From the NCBI GenBank assembly GCA_015680685.1, contig MNCI01003484.1, positions 472,551-536,550 of the forward strand: a stretch of DNA of 64,000 bases, in the 5' to 3' direction. How positions within the stretch are numbered: position 1 is the stretch's first letter; the number at the start of each line of letters is the position of its first letter. The notes under the pieces were generated by a model, which saw only the letters and a list, made by a program, of their open reading frames with translations, had not been told where the DNA came from and did no database searches. Source of the stretch: Gnetum montanum (taxonomy: Eukaryota; Plantae; Gnetophyta). The position numbers and the translations under genes are program-made. This document shows positions 24,801 to 39,270 of the stretch, in pieces.

Positions 24801-27800
24801 TTAATTGGAATAAATTTATATATTCTAATATTATCCCATCATGACCACAAAACATTAGATATCATATTTTTTAACTATACTTGACCATATGAACAAGGCC
24901 AACACACATATAGTTGTGAAGACAATGACCTATAATCAATGCTTAACAATCTAGAAGCTCTGATAGGTTAGTTAATGGATTATGATGAGATCATGTGTAA
25001 TGCTTATGATTTGTATGGTTGGTCATAGGGACAACATCACTACTCATCAAGGGTTCAAGAGCTCTCTTTCTATAAGCCTGCAACTACTAATAAGAATTAT
25101 GATTTAGGTATTAGAGTTAAAAGAAAGCTTATTGATTTTCGTAACAAAAGTAAAAAGTATTCTAATAACAAGGGTAAATATTTCTAAGTTCATGAAAGGA
25201 AAAAATATCAAGTGAAAGTTAAAGGAAGAGAATTAAAAGAAGAGATAAAGGATAATAATGAAGGAAAGAGAAAAACTTCCATGAAAGATTCTAACAAAGA
25301 AGAAAAGAACTAAAGCTACAAAACTTCATCCAAGATCTAATGTTTTCATTATGTAAAGTAGGAGTACAATTAGTGGAAGTGAAAATTCTTAGATGAATTT
25401 TGAATGTTTAAAAAAGAAAGAAAGAAAGAAAGAAAGGAAAGGAAAGATAAATTGTATAATAGAGATATTACAGGAATGCTTGAAGTGGCTTTTATGTTAG
25501 ATAGATTACAAGAATAACATCTTAGATGGTTTGATAATATTCAAAGAAGCCTAGATAATGAGCCTATTGAAAAAGGTTAACACATCACTATTCTAGGGAA
25601 GTTGTAAATGGAAGACTGAATATACAAAAAAATGATTGAAGATGGTATGATAAAATTACAATTAGATAAGACTCTCATTCTTCATAGAGGTATATTGCGA
25701 AAGAGAACTCATGTAGCTAACCCTATTTTAATAGGACAAGATTAGAATGATTATAATGACGATAGAAAGATTGTTACTAAAGGGTCTATGAACATAATAA
25801 AATTTTTGTTTTAGTTTTAGTTTTCCTAAATTTTTATTTTATGCCTAGCTAGGTAACTCTAATTTCATAGGATCATTTATAGAGATAACAAATTACAATT
25901 TACAAATTAATATTATAAATTCATAAGTTATGAGTTATGAATTAATTTGATTGAATAGCATATCTCATGAATAATTCTATTTATGAATTCTCTTAGTGTT
26001 GGAACTTTGTTGAAGTTAGCCTTGTTTATTCTTTTTAAAATTTCACATATAAAATAATACTAGAGATGATAATTATAATTTTTGTCTTTATCATTCTTTT
26101 GAATCTTACATGATCCTTCAACTTATAGATTGATGTAATCTGATGGATTGTTTTATGGGTTCCTTTTTTTTTTGATAAAATATCATTTATGTTGTACTAA
26201 TACAAAGTAAATTTATTAAAATTGAAATAAAAACTAATTTTTTTATATTCATAGATCCTCCAAAACTATTTGAGAGTAAAATGTATCTAATATCTTTTTG
26301 AAAATATAATAGTACTCTTGGTAATATTTGGAAAGAAACAACTAAATTTGTAATTATAATAGCTCACTTATTTTTAATGTCCTCAAATATACAACATTAT
26401 AGAAAAATGTAAAGTTCATCTTCAATACTATTTTTAATGAAAAGCTAGCATATTGATTCTTCATAAATAATTTTTAGCAATCTACTTATTTCAAGTATCA
26501 AATTATGAGATTTCATTCATGCTTTACTAATTGTGCATCACAACTAGTGAAGTATAGTAGTTAAATAGTTTGCATTTGACATAAACCTCCCATAATATTA
26601 TTCAAGTAGAAATTTTTTGTTCCTTCTATAATTTTCTAAAATTTTTGAAGTACTACATTTTTTAGAGTATTTTTCCAATGAGAATTTAGAGAGATTATTA
26701 GTGTAATTTATAAATTGATGTAGCTTAAATTTCTAAGTGCATCATCCTTACTTCCAAAATCATAATATGATATTATGGCTATCTCTTCACTTTGAATTAT
26801 TTTAACAAAAGAAGATTTTGAATTTCTAATATTTATATACTAGATAAGATCTTATACAATATACTCAAGAAATATTTGGTTGGATGATAAATTGATATAG
26901 TTACTTTTGAACATCCAGAACTAGAATAGATCCCTTTTTACACATTATTTTTAAGGAAAACAAGACTTTCATACCAATTATGACATTTGAAACAGTGCAT
27001 TAGTCCTCTTTATAATTTCAAGAGCATTCTAGCTTGGGGTATTTAAAAAAAGTTTATCATGTCATTGTTCAACCTACTGTTATTTATGGATATATTATAT
27101 AGGGTCTTGCTCTATTAACTAAATATTATAAATAGATAGAAGAAAATAAAAAGCTTTTTTTGTTGGATGAATTTAAAATGAAGAGACTAACATAATATAA
27201 TATTATACTTCTTGAAGTAAAGATGATCTTGTTAGAGGTTGAAATGACTTGTTAGTTTATAGCCTACACTCATAATATTTTTACATATTCATTGGATAAA
27301 TACTCAAAAAAAAGTGATGATGGAAATCCATTATAAAGGATGACATCACAACAGAGTTCTATGGCTTAATAAATGGAATATTCAAGAGTATATTTGTATT
27401 CTAATTCTAATCAAGTTTGCAAACTAGCAAAATAAGTAGTATTTCCAAACCTTTGAGAAAATATATAAGGGAAAAAATATTTCTATTTGAATAGTATCAA
27501 GGGGGCCTTATTTCAAAGGAAAAACTAATTATTTGTTATTATTCTTTATCATTGACAATGCACAATAAGTAGAGCATGAATGGGATCTTATCATCTGAGA
27601 GTTAAAATAGGTAGATTGCTCAAAATTCATTATGAAGAATGAATATGTCAACTATTTAATATAAATAGCATTGAAGACAAATACCAAATCTTTCTATAAT
27701 GTCATGCATTGGAGCATATCAGACATATATGAGATATTACAATTACAAATCTGGTTGATTTGTTCCAAATATTAGCAAGAAGACTTCATAATTCTCTTAA

Positions 27801-30800
27801 TGATGTTTTTAAACTTATTTCATGTATATTTTTAATGTCCAATAGATCTAAAGGCTATGCAAATGTAATAAAATTTTAGTTTTATTTTCAATAGAAATAT
27901 TTTCAATTATAATTCTATATTTAGTTGGTAGTTTATATATCGACTCCTCAAGTTCATTAGTAAAAAGGTCAAAAAGATGAGGGGAAAGAGAATACCCTAG
28001 TTTTACATAATTAAAATTGCTAAGTAAAATATTTTCTTGCTCTTATAAATTGGATGCACACATCTTTGTAGAGTTTTTGAATGGCTAATAATTGTGTTGT
28101 GAAAACTCCTAAATTACCCCATTAGCTTCATAACCTTCTTTGATTGATTAAATAATAAGCCTTAAAGAAGTCCACAATGCAAATAAATATTTTTTTGTGT
28201 GGACCTTTTCCTCTCGGTAAAATATTTTAAAATAATATGGTAATATTTGATAGATTGATGGTGCTGAAATCCTACTTGAGAAATTATGTCTACAAAATAT
28301 ACTAAAATTATTTTCAAAGTTTAGAGGGTCCATCTTATGTAAAAGTAAACCACCTGTCATCCCATGTTATAAGTATTTATTGTAAGCATCATGATATTAT
28401 GTTATGTTTGTTGATGTATGTAGTTAGGCACAATTAAGTTTATGGGCACACATAGTTATGATCTTTTATGATATATACTTTGTGATCATGTAACCATGTG
28501 ATTATTACCATGCAATTACCATAATTATGCACATTCATCTAGCTAAATGAGTTGGATAGGTGATTGTGGCTAGTTGGAGGAACATATGTTAGAGATAAGA
28601 CTAAGTACTTGATAGGTGTGCATGTTATGATGCTTAATTATAACTATGAGATTATGCATGATAGAGCCATAGAACTTCTTGGTATGTTTCATTATGTTTG
28701 AATGATATCATGGATATGCTGGAAATATGATATTATGATCATAGAATCAATTAGTAATCTATTTGGATGCACCATGAGTGAGATATAAGATGTGGAACAA
28801 CATTAGTTCGGAAGAGGGAAAAATAATGGGAACTTATAGAATTTAATTGAAAATAATTAGGATAGTTTATAATATATTTTATTTATATATAGCATACATA
28901 TATTATATATTTCACCCTCTTTCTTGATCACATTCATCTCATGGTTCTAGTCAATTCTCTTTATCCTTCATTTCTCCTTGACTCTTAAAAGATTTCAATA
29001 GATTTTGGGATGTTCGAAAGTTGGTCTTGGGAATGTTATTATTTGGGAGTCTCATTTCATTCTTTGTTGGATCCAAGATGTCGTTACTATATTGGTGGAT
29101 TATTGTAGAATATTGGATTTGATAGATTTCTTCATATTTGATGAGTAGTCTTTTCTATTTTCCTATTTTCCATATTCAAATTATTATGCATACTCATGGG
29201 CTTTAGTGTTGAGATGGTTAGGTACAAATGTATGTATGTAGTTGGAATGCATTGTGAGCTTTGGATGTTATGTCAATGTATTTTCTAATTAGTATTTTGG
29301 ATGCACTTAGAATATAATTCTAAATAATTATTTATTGTGATGATCTTCTTGGGGACTACAAGACATGATTGCTGCTCTTGGAGGGCATGGGATAAAAATA
29401 GCTTTTAGTTATGAAAATTTAATTTATACAAATATAATATTTCTTTCACCACAATGAAATTATTTTATGCTTTTCATGGATCGTAAAATAATGTTGAAAG
29501 GAGGATAAATATATAGTTGAATATAAATTGCATGAACAAAACAAGTGGATGGACACTTCTCAATAGTCAATGTTGTGAATTATATTAATATATGTTTGAA
29601 ATTTTCTTGTCCAACAAAATTATATTTTACTTTACATGAGTTGAAAAATAATTTTGGAATGAGGAAAACATATTCAAATGAATATACATTGAATTAGTAA
29701 AAAAAAAAAAAAACTAGTGGATGGATACTTCTCATTATCATCATAGGATTAGTTTCTATGCTTATTTATTTGATCAAATTTTTACAGAATGGATCATTAT
29801 TATTTGGATTATGTTGTAAAGGGAGAGTATTGGTTGGCTTATGGGATAGCTCTAGATTCATCATCATCATCATTATCCTAGCCTGAATTGTAAGTTGAAT
29901 ATAGCCCCCACATAGATGGCCTTTGTAAGGGACCTCATCTCAAATAGGGGAAGAGCTAATCCATTCTTAGCTTCAAGTATGTCTTTGGTAGACATGCAAT
30001 CTAGAAGATCAATGGTAGCATCTTGAGAATTTATGTTATGGCATCGGCTAAACTAAAAAAACTAATAAAAGACTTGCATACACATCAAGATAGAATAATG
30101 GATACAACATTTGTACCCAAGATAATATCAAATGATAAATTACAATTGATGGAAGAAAATTGATTATGTTTCACATTTGAAACTAAGCATGGATGCTAAC
30201 TCCACTTGTGTGCATTAGGTTGGTGGTAGTAAGAATATTTTTCTTCTAATTAATTTTTCTTTATTTTCTATAATTATTAGGTTGAGATACTATTTTATTG
30301 CTTACTTCAAATTGTTACTTATATACTACCTAGTTTTACACAATGCAACATATATCCCATAGCTTTCACATTAGTTTCATGAAAGTAGCTAACAGACCTC
30401 ATAGGACATTATTATAATATTGGTTTTACTTAGTACTTGTATTGATATTCCAATTTTACAGAACATTTTAGGAATATTGACAAAGTTGGAAGACCTGCAA
30501 ACCTAAATGATGTTTAGAGGATCTTAGAACTTTCTAATTTGCTAGCATTGCTAAAGAAAAAATATACGCATATAGGGAATTAGGGATCAAATTTTCAATT
30601 TGGAATCTTTATAATTATTTGAATTTCTTGCATATCATATTTGTTACTTGAGGAAAGTTAAGCTTGAACGTTAAATTTGATACTTCTATTTTATTTTGAA
30701 TTAAATAAGCTTATACATTACTAATAAATCTTATTATCTATCTTGTATTAGAATTTTTATTTTACATCTTGTTTATATTTTTATCAATTTCATATTAAAA

Positions 30801-31232
30801 CTTAGTCACAGGGTAGTCACACTTTGCAACTCCCTGGGCTCTTTGATAAACTTTTTATCTTGTCTATTATTATATAGTCCTATGGAGCCTATAAACATTA
30901 CATCAAACTTAAAAATTTAACAAGTTAAACCTATATGATACTACAATTTTTTTCCTTCTTCACATTTTTGTATCTTTCATACATCCTTCTTGGATATGAA
31001 ATTATGGTATTAGAGTTGTAGGTTAATTGAGTACTTGAAAACTATGGATTTTTAGTAAATGGACAATTGATTTGTGAATCATGTTAGAGGATGTAAACAA
31101 TCTTGATGTAAATTTATACAAATAAACTTGATGTGTGATATGACAATATTAGGAGGATGTTGGAACCCTGAAATAATTGTAATATAAGTACACTCCAAGA
31201 TATTTAGTTCAATTAGAACTTTTTAACTTAGT

Positions 31233-31311
31233 ATTGTCCACTAGAATTGAACCCATGATCTTAAGCTTTTAAATCAAGAGTCTTACCACTAGGCTAACAC
31301 ATCATTGTTAT
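31233..31311 (-). mobile_element. tRNA-derived SINE-like head / tRNA pseudogene
   Basis: Box A TAGCCTAGTGG (consensus match), box B GGTTCAATTCT; homologous to 16525-16602. Confidence 0.65.
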
Positions 31312-31599
31312 GGTAGACAATATTAGCAATTTGGAGAATCCATTATCCAACTTTAAGAAAATTCTTAATAATTGTAGATAGTAATGCTTTGTAACTAGTG
31401 ACTTGTTGGAGTTTACAATATGAGATGTTGATAATAAGAATTAAATACTTGTCCATTAATAATCTTATTTAACATTATGTAAGTTGGTCATAATACACTA
31501 TGTAAAATGGTAAAAATGACATGGCAAATTTTCTTGTTGGAAGCATATAAAAAAACTTCTTATATGTGAGATATTATAATTTTTGCAATTGGAAAAGTG

Positions 31600-33206
31600 A
31601 TGGAAAACCTAAAGATTTGGTGGAGAAACCTTAACCTTAAATCCACAAGGCCTCCAAAAAAATGGGATTTGAGGTACCTTGGATGGTCCAGTAGATCACC
31701 CAGGGACTTACAGAATGCAAAACAAATGATGCAAATAACAAGAATACAAATTTAGAAATCAAAAGAAAAATATATTGCACACAAACTAAAATTTTGAACC
31801 TTTATTTAAATAAATAAAGAATAAGTTCAGGGATGTGTACAAGAACTACCCATGAGAGAGCAAAAGGGGTTTCATTGGGGTAGGAATTTAGAGCTTGTTA
31901 AAGCTGATGTGATCTGCTTCATGATCTGGGTGCTCAACTAGTTCGGATGCTATTGAACCTCCTCTATTGCAACTTCAAATCTTCAACTTGGGTCATTACT
32001 GGGGGGTGAGAAGAGTGAGAAATTTGGCTGCTAGATTACTCCACACTAGGGGTTGGGGATCCAAAAAATGTAGCATTGATTCCAAAAATCCACAAGTCTT
32101 AGGAGGGTGACAAAGGTTGTAAAAAGCAAGTTCCACACTAGGAGGCTCCAAGAAGTTTCATTTCTACATGGTTGCAACTTTTGGAAGCCAAAATTGCTAT
32201 GTGCTTGAAAAATTCCAAAGTGTGGAATCTAAAAGGGGTGTTGGGGTTTTGGTTTTATAGGTTTTGGGCTATGATTTTTTCTACAAATTGGCTATAAATT
32301 TTTGCCTCATACAGGTGAGATGGATGCCCAAGTTTGGGTGGTTACTATGTATAGTAAGTGTTAAACCCCCATGAACATTCTATTTACTATAAATAGTAAG
32401 AAGGTTACACCTTCTACACTAGAGGTAGATCTTCACACTTGGCCTTCAATCTTCCATGTTAAAGTGGTTAGTCAACCTTAAAGTCATTGGAGTGTTGAAA
32501 TCTTGCTCATGTTGCTTCCACACTAGGGGAATGTAGTTTTCATGTTGGGGCTAGAGCCTCCATGCTAGGGGGGAAACTTCTATGCTAAAGGGAAAAGGTT
32601 TATACGCTATGCATGTAGTCTCCATGACGGGGGGTGGGTGGGGTGCAAAAGGTTTCAACACTGAGGGGGGAAGCCCTACCCTTTCACACTAGGGGTAGGT
32701 GAGATTTGCCCTTGTAAGTGTTTCTAGCATAGAAAAGTGTATACCCTAAATAAAACCTCTTAAATTACCATTTTTGGCATTCCAAAAGGAAATTTTGATC
32801 CCCGCAAGGCAAAATATAGACACTAGGTATCTTTTTTTATTTTATTTTACTTAAGGAATGAGGTTTTGACCACTTATGAGGCATTTTTCAGCTCCAAAAG
32901 TATGAAATATGTGAGATTTCTTTCTTATGAGTTAAAATCATTACATTTACAATAAAGTTTTGCTTTGGGTTTTATGGGGTGAAGGCTACATGATGAAAAT
33001 TGGTTATAACATGCAAATTTTTGTGATCTTTCAATGTTCCCTCTTTGTTAGTGCTTCGAGGATTGACCCAAGAGGCACCAACAAAGAATACAAAACACCA
33101 CTGCAGGTCCACCACCAATGTTCCCTTTCTGTGCTTGATCCAGTTGTGTCAAACCATGTCAAAGAGTGCTTGTGATGATGGGATAAGGCTATGATGATGA
33201 GATGAT
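31600..33206 (-). repeat. Older LTR-like repeat that hosts the Tat element (continues at about 60901-61360)
   Basis: Minus-strand TATA at about 32255, dispersed ccacactaggg motifs 32040-32700, TSD-defined interruption; boundaries approximate. Confidence 0.45.
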
Positions 33207-34940
33207 TGAAACACCACTAATTTTGGCCTAACACCTTTAAACAAGAACAACTCAGAGCCTCTTGAGCTTTTGGGAGGAAAAAATTTGACTAAGGCATGTA
33301 ACTCATGCTCGGCTTGTCAAGCTAGTTTGCTCACACTTGGCTTGTCAAGCCAACTTGCCCTCAGCGTGAGCAACTCAAACACCCCCAAAATCAAGTCAAA
33401 GATGGTCCAATATGAGGGTGCAAGCCATCCTCAAGGGTCACTATTGTTCACTGCAAGTATCAGCATTTGGAAGTTCAAATTTTAGGTCAAATTGTACAAA
33501 TTTTCTCACTCACGCTGTGGTCACACTAAGGTCACATTGGCAGCATGAGTATAGCATGACCAACTCTAAGAGCCTCAAAACTGAGTCAAAATGGTTTGAT
33601 TTCAAAGGTGTAAGTCATCCTCAGGTTTCATTGTTGAAAAATTCAAGTCCCAGCCTTTAGAATTCCAGATTTTAGGTTCAAAATTGCAAGTTTTTGTAGC
33701 TCACGCTAGTAGCGTGAGTCCAGCGTGAGCTACCAAAAGTGGTTTAAAACAAGGCACATCTAAGCTCAATTTTTGACTTGTAGATCACTCTCAAGGTCAA
33801 TCACAACTAGGCAATTGTTGCACTTAAAGAATAGGCTTCAAAGATCAAAATTTGGCGTGAAATATGTCATTTTCATCGAGACATGCTGAGGTCACGCTGG
33901 CAGCATGAGTACAACATGAGTCCAGCATGAGTACTAATCACAGTTGGTCAAAAGCATGCCAAACACACGCTGAGGACATGGCAAGATAAAATAGACTCAT
34001 TTTGGGAGCTTTTGTAAGATAGAAATGCCTCAAATAATCATAGAACCACTTGCATTAGCACCCTGCAACAGTCAATCCATGTCAACAAGTTCCAAGCGAG
34101 CTAGAGTCAATTTTTTTTCTTGTTGTACATTATCATTTTCATTGTAAATTTTCATCATTTGTGAGCTTGTCAAGATATTATGCTCCAAATTTTATTTGCT
34201 TCTATGGGCGTAAGCTAGCTTGCATAAACCAATACACGTTGTAAGATATAGTGCATCCGGTCGAGAACGTAGCTTGCCTACGCATGTCCAATTGACACAT
34301 AGCTACCCATCTAACACCTATCATGTGATCTGCTTTCCTCTCATTCCCAGCCATTTATCTCACCTGTGGATTCCACACCCGAGCCAAGCCAAACCTTATA
34401 AATACCCTATCAATTCACATAAAGAGGGGTTGGCAATTTTGAAGGTTGAAGACTTAGGAAACACTGACTAGTAACTTTTGGATGCTCGGGTGCACCTAAC
34501 TCCTAGAATTCAAGCACCTGCAAGCATATCACCCTAGGGATTAGCACTTGACTTGACATCCACACACACATTGATGCTTTGACTAGTACACATTCATTCT
34601 AAGTAATACGATACATTCATTTTTTCCTTCCATTATATTGTTTACTCTATTTTAAATTCGATTTATGCTTTGTTTACAATATAGTTCTGTATACGCTCTG
34701 TTTGCATTTCATGTGTCAATATTTACGTTTCATACATCAGTTACTATAACCCCAGCACAAGCCATAGCTTACATTCAGGGAAGTCCTTGGTTGATTTGCA
34801 TGCAGATCATCCAAGGCACTCTACCTTTGTTTTCTTTTCTAGCTTGCCCTCACCCGAAGGCAGGGTTAGCTGTGCCTATCTAGTGATCTTTCGGTGCTTT
34901 TTTTTCTTCCATCCTTACGCTGATGATTTTGATCAGTACA
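33207..34940 (+). repeat. 5' LTR of outer Tat element (1734 bp)
   Basis: TG...CA ends; TATA box cttataaata at about 34395; about 11 mismatches in the first 100 nt against the 3' LTR by eye, mostly transitions. Confidence 0.95.
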
Positions 34941-34946
34941 GTAAAT

Positions 34947-34963
34947 TGGCACTAGAAGGAGGG
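34947..34963 (+). promoter_or_regulatory. Primer binding site, tRNA-Asn type
   Basis: TGGCACTAGAAGGAGGG 6 nt after the LTR; the inner element has TGGCGCTAGAAGGAGGG. Complementary to the plant tRNA-Asn(GUU) 3' end ...CCCUCCUUCUAGCG-CCA as I recall it. Confidence 0.85.
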
Positions 34964-35074
34964 TCGTGAACGTGTTTACCATCCTGTCAAAATGTTGATC
35001 ACGCTACCTAGTCAAACGCTGCACAGACAAAGTGCTGAAACTAAAGCCCAGCTTTTCAAGCTAGATTACACATG

Positions 35075-35250
35075 CCTAGCTTGACCTACTCATGCTAAGC
35101 CCAGTTACTCATGCCAGCTTGACAAGCCAGCTTGCTCACGCTAAGCCTAGTTACTCACACCAACTTGACAAGCTAGCTTGCTCATGCTAAGCCCAGTTAC
35201 TCATGCCAGCTTGACAAGCTAGTTTACACATGATCAGCTTACTCACACTC
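35075..35250 (+). repeat. 5' leader tandem repeat, about 3 x 46 bp
   Basis: Unit gctcacgctaagcctagttactcacaccaacttgacaagctagctt repeated with transitions. Confidence 0.85.
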
Positions 35251-35253
35251 ACT

Positions 35254-38200
35254 ATGGAATCTTCCCATATCAACACAGCAACACTGCTAATCTCTGACTT
35301 TGGGGCTGAGACCTCAAACCCTGTGACTGCAACAAAACCCATAACTATTATTGAACAAATAAACTCTCAAGGCCCAATTCACCAATCACTTAGGCTATAG
35401 GGCAAAGACTCTACTTAAGCAATTCTCACACCAGAACAATATAACTTCATCTATGTGAAGATTCAAGTCAACCTGCCTATCGATCATGTAGAAAGAGAAG
35501 CAAAGAGAAAAAATGAGCTCATTTACAAAGGAGGTTATGAGTTCACTCCCTTAGCATTTGATATAATCCCCCTTTCCAAAAACCATCATCAACTTATATC
35601 TCAGCTTCTCATGGCAAGGAGTCAAGCCTTACAACCACCTCTGATAGAGCTTTAGAGTGGAGATGAGGAAGATGACTTTACAACCCAATCTAAGCATGGA
35701 GATTCATACCATACTGTCAGTCCTCACACCCATACAAATCCATTATTTGAACCTTTCCTAGAAGAAACTATGCTTCCTCCTTCATCCGCAAATACGCAAG
35801 CACCAGTTTCTTGACAAGAAGCACCCGCTTCCATTCCCACCTTCTCCATGCCCAACAACCAATCTGATACGTCCATCTCCATCATGCTCCCGCAAGTATA
35901 GTCCCGACAACCCCCTCCTCTAACTAATGTAGGATCAATCTTCTAACCTCAAGTAATTAGGATGCCATCATTTATACCAACTTCCACGACCACTCATTAC
36001 ATACCACAAGTGCAAACCCATGGAGCACCTCTGATTACTTCAGCCCAACACGTTCAGGGTCTCACCTCACAACCTGTGGCTAGGTAGTGGGTTTCACCAG
36101 CCATTCAACAACACCAATCTACTCACTACAGAATACCATACCCTACAATCCCATCCATGAATGTTTCTCCACCAAAACAACCAACAATCCAATAGTCTCC
36201 CTTTCCACAAACAATGCAACAGGAGAATTACTATCAATTACAGTCCACTCAACCCGCTAGTATGCCTACTACCCAAGAGTGGGTAGACACAAAGAAAATG
36301 ATGCACTTGTTAACTAAGGAGGTAAAGCACCTTAAAACTGTAAACACTGAGGAATTCAAGGTGCTGGATTTCTACCAAGATGATCCAATCAACCCTTCAG
36401 TTCCACTGTTAACCTTACCAAAGGGAATCTCATTACACCAGCTAACCAAGTACAATGGAGAAGGAGATCCAAACGCCCACCTAGTGACATTTCAACTAGA
36501 ATATCTATTTCTTCAGGCCTAGACCCATGTAATTCTGCATGTATTTGCTATGTCCTTAGCAGAAAAATCCTTAGACTGGTATCGAGCTTTACCCTGTAAC
36601 TCCATATCCACTCTAGGATATTTGTTATATCAGTTTGTTACCCATTTCAAATATAATCTAAAGCCTAACGCCACACTGGATAGCTTGATTCAGATTAAAC
36701 AAGCATCGTTAGAGCCAGTACAAAAACTTATCCAAAGATGGAGTGTAGCCTTGAATGAACTTCACGAGCCCATCCCTGACTATCCTTAAGGCTGTCGTGA
36801 ATGACTTTATTAAATTGAAACTTTATTATTTGAGTGCCCATACTTTGAGCCAAGCATTCATGCAAATTAAGAACATAGAAGAGGTGGCGCAAACAAGTAA
36901 CAACCTAGCTTGACCTTTAGGAGCCAACATATATGAGGAAAGATAAGGATAAATCCAAAACAACGATAGCGGCGATGGCAATGATAGCCCAACCTAATAA
37001 TCTAGGATAGAAAGGCAAACAACCTTCTGCTGCAACTAGCTGTGAAAGAACCACACCTATGCCTACACCCGAATCTTCCTTAAATAAAAACATCAACATG
37101 GGTCACACTCATACATTCGAATGAAAAGATCTCGCCCAATATACACCCTTGCCTATGAAGCCTTCACAATTTTTAGATCAACTTCTAAGGTCTAGGCTAA
37201 TCAAACATAAACAAATGTCTCCGGTGGCATCTCAAAAACATGATCGATTATGTGAGTTGGCTAAGAACCCAGCTTTAGCAATAGCTAATGAGCCCCCCAT
37301 TCCAAGAGGCTTTAGGTTGGACAGGTTTTGTGAATATTACCAATGGTGTGGGCATGGAATAGACTACTGCTTCACCTTAAAATAGGATATGCAGTGCATG
37401 ATTGATAGCGGGGAAATAGTATTTGACGAGGCAAACCCAGTAAGGCCCCAAAACCAACCCATGGGAGTCTATAAGGACCCTCTCAATACTAATGATGCAC
37501 CATATGTGATTAACGCTATCCATGTGGAGAATGGATAGGACGTCCCACAAAAGCATTTTGTGATTTTCAAGCCTTCGAAAAATACACCTACCTCAACATC
37601 TCCTCAAACTCCTTTCAGCATACGCACATTCCCCACACCACAAAAACCATTCATCATTTGCGTACCTCCTTCCATCAAGGCAGCAACCAAACCATTAGAA
37701 ACTCGACCCACTCTCTTTGTGATCCGAGTACCAAAACACCCTGATGTGTAACCCCCTACAATTCCCCCATGACCCTTATGAGAGTACCTTGTTGATAGGC
37801 TCACTAGAGAGTGCCTAGAAAAGGAACATCATGAGCACAAATTAAGACCACTGAAGCCCATACTACTAAATGTTGTTCCTATGGTACCATCCATTGGTGA
37901 GCCTAGCAGAAGTCATCAAGACAAGAATACCAGCACTCACAGGGTCCCAAGCTCAACATCCCTAGTTACCAACACAAAAATCCCTCCACGAGAGATACGA
38001 ATGCTAGGTCAAATGGACCAAGTCTCCACAAATAAGAGTGCCCCAAATGATAAGGATCTAGTGAGTGCATTGACCCAAGTCACATAGGCTTTGAAACAAA
38101 AGAATACTTCCTTAAGCCTGTATGATCTAGTAATGACTTCACAGGTGCATAGGGAAGCTCTCATGTGTATGTTGACTTCAATTCCTATTAGTGAGAACCT

Positions 38201-39005
38201 TCCTGCAGATGAGCTATCCATTTATGCAGTACTATCCCCACAACCTCAAGAATCAAGGACCACATCCCTGGAATTTCGTGCTAATGACATTAAGTGAGAT
38301 GAGAAAATGGGAGAGGTTACTATAGTCCCTATGTTCATAATAATACAAGTCAACGATTTCAAGATATGTAGGGTGCATGTCGATGACGGTGCAGCAATGA
38401 ACATAATACCCTTTCCTGTCATTGAAAAACTAGGGCTTATAAAGCAAATACAGCCCACAACAACTTCTTTCTTAAAATCCTTCAATGGTTCCCGTGTCAT
38501 GGTAAAAGGCATGGTTACCTTGGATTTTGTAGTAGGGGACCAATTCCCCACATTGGCTGAATTCGTAGTGGTTGATGAAATGCTGGGGTTCAATCTGATT
38601 CTAGGACGACATTGGCTAGCTCAACTTAGAGTCGTATCCTCACCAATCCATCAAGAGATCTACCTACCTTATGAGGGCGATGAAATCATCATACATGGGG
38701 ATACGACAAGATCACTCACTTCCTCATACTCTAAAATGGATCAAGGGTCAAAAGTTGAGTTCTCTAGGCCTAAACAAGGAACCATGAGCATACTTCAAGA
38801 CATGAACCAACCTTTAACTCCTGATCCTACTAAAATTGAGGAAGCATCAGACAACATAGACATAGGAGTCATTCCCACTGATGTCTCTTGGTTGGAATTA
38901 CCCTTTGACATCACCAATGAAGGGGAAGGTGAGTATAAGATCATACCTACATGCCCTACCCCTCACGTCAAATTACGAAGGATTAAAAAGCAACTCAATA
39001 ATTAG
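35254..39005 (+). pseudogene. gag-pro: gag-protease of outer Tat element (stops and frameshift)
   Basis: Capsid KYNGEGDPNAHL...SLAEKSLDWYRALP (36214-36789); zinc knuckle FCEYYQWCGHGIDYCFTLK (about 37330); protease RVHVDDGAAMNII and FNLILGRHWL (38307-39005). Confidence 0.93.
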
Positions 39006-39024
39006 GGTGAGCTATCATGCGTCT

Positions 39025-39270
39025 AGAAAGATGTTAAACTACCAATCATCTGGTATGACATTAAATTGCCAGTGAACATCTGTAATGATGTTAAACTAAC
39101 CACAGTTAGAAATGGCCGGTTCCTTTTAAAGCTTCCTAAAACTGTTATTGCTTTCGGTCCACTATGGCCTAAAACTGGTGATTCTTCTTTCTTTAACATA
39201 GATGTGATAGTCCATCATGACTTTAAACTGATGTACATGGCCTAAAATGGCTTTAAACTAGGGCTCAACA
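39025..39270 (+). repeat. Array of short GACNNNAAACTG-like motifs after the PR stop
   Basis: gatgttaaactac, gacattaaattgc, gatgttaaactaa, cctaaaactgt, cctaaaactgg, gactttaaactga, ctttaaactag. Confidence 0.65.

Larger units (their letters stand above)
11800..25049 (+). mobile_element. Old Athila-type element: 5' LTR C (11800-12567, first ~30 bp missing) and 3' LTR D (24185-25049), with nested insertions; no recognisable pol
   Basis: LTRs C and D are each other's closest match by eye (aaatgcctataaatat...ccattaat); eroded PBS-like ttgatgctact after C; PPT context before D; coiled-coil ORF relic at about 22800-23900. Confidence 0.65.

Noticed and set aside
25050-31000. Possible DNA-transposon or gag relics (knuckle-like sequence at about 25340, (CAT)n at 29858)
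   Set aside because: Too eroded to assign family, strand or boundaries by eye.
35075-35250. CRISPR-like repeat arrays (also 49420-49740 and 57685-57990)
   Set aside because: Degenerate tandem or dispersed repeats within a plant retrotransposon, without identical repeats or uniform unique spacers; no cas genes.
38246-38593. Antisense ORFs overlapping PR, RT and INT (also 46340-46756, 54307-54648, 55042-55350, 56683-57039)
   Set aside because: Shadow frames of retrotransposon coding sequence with no independent motifs.
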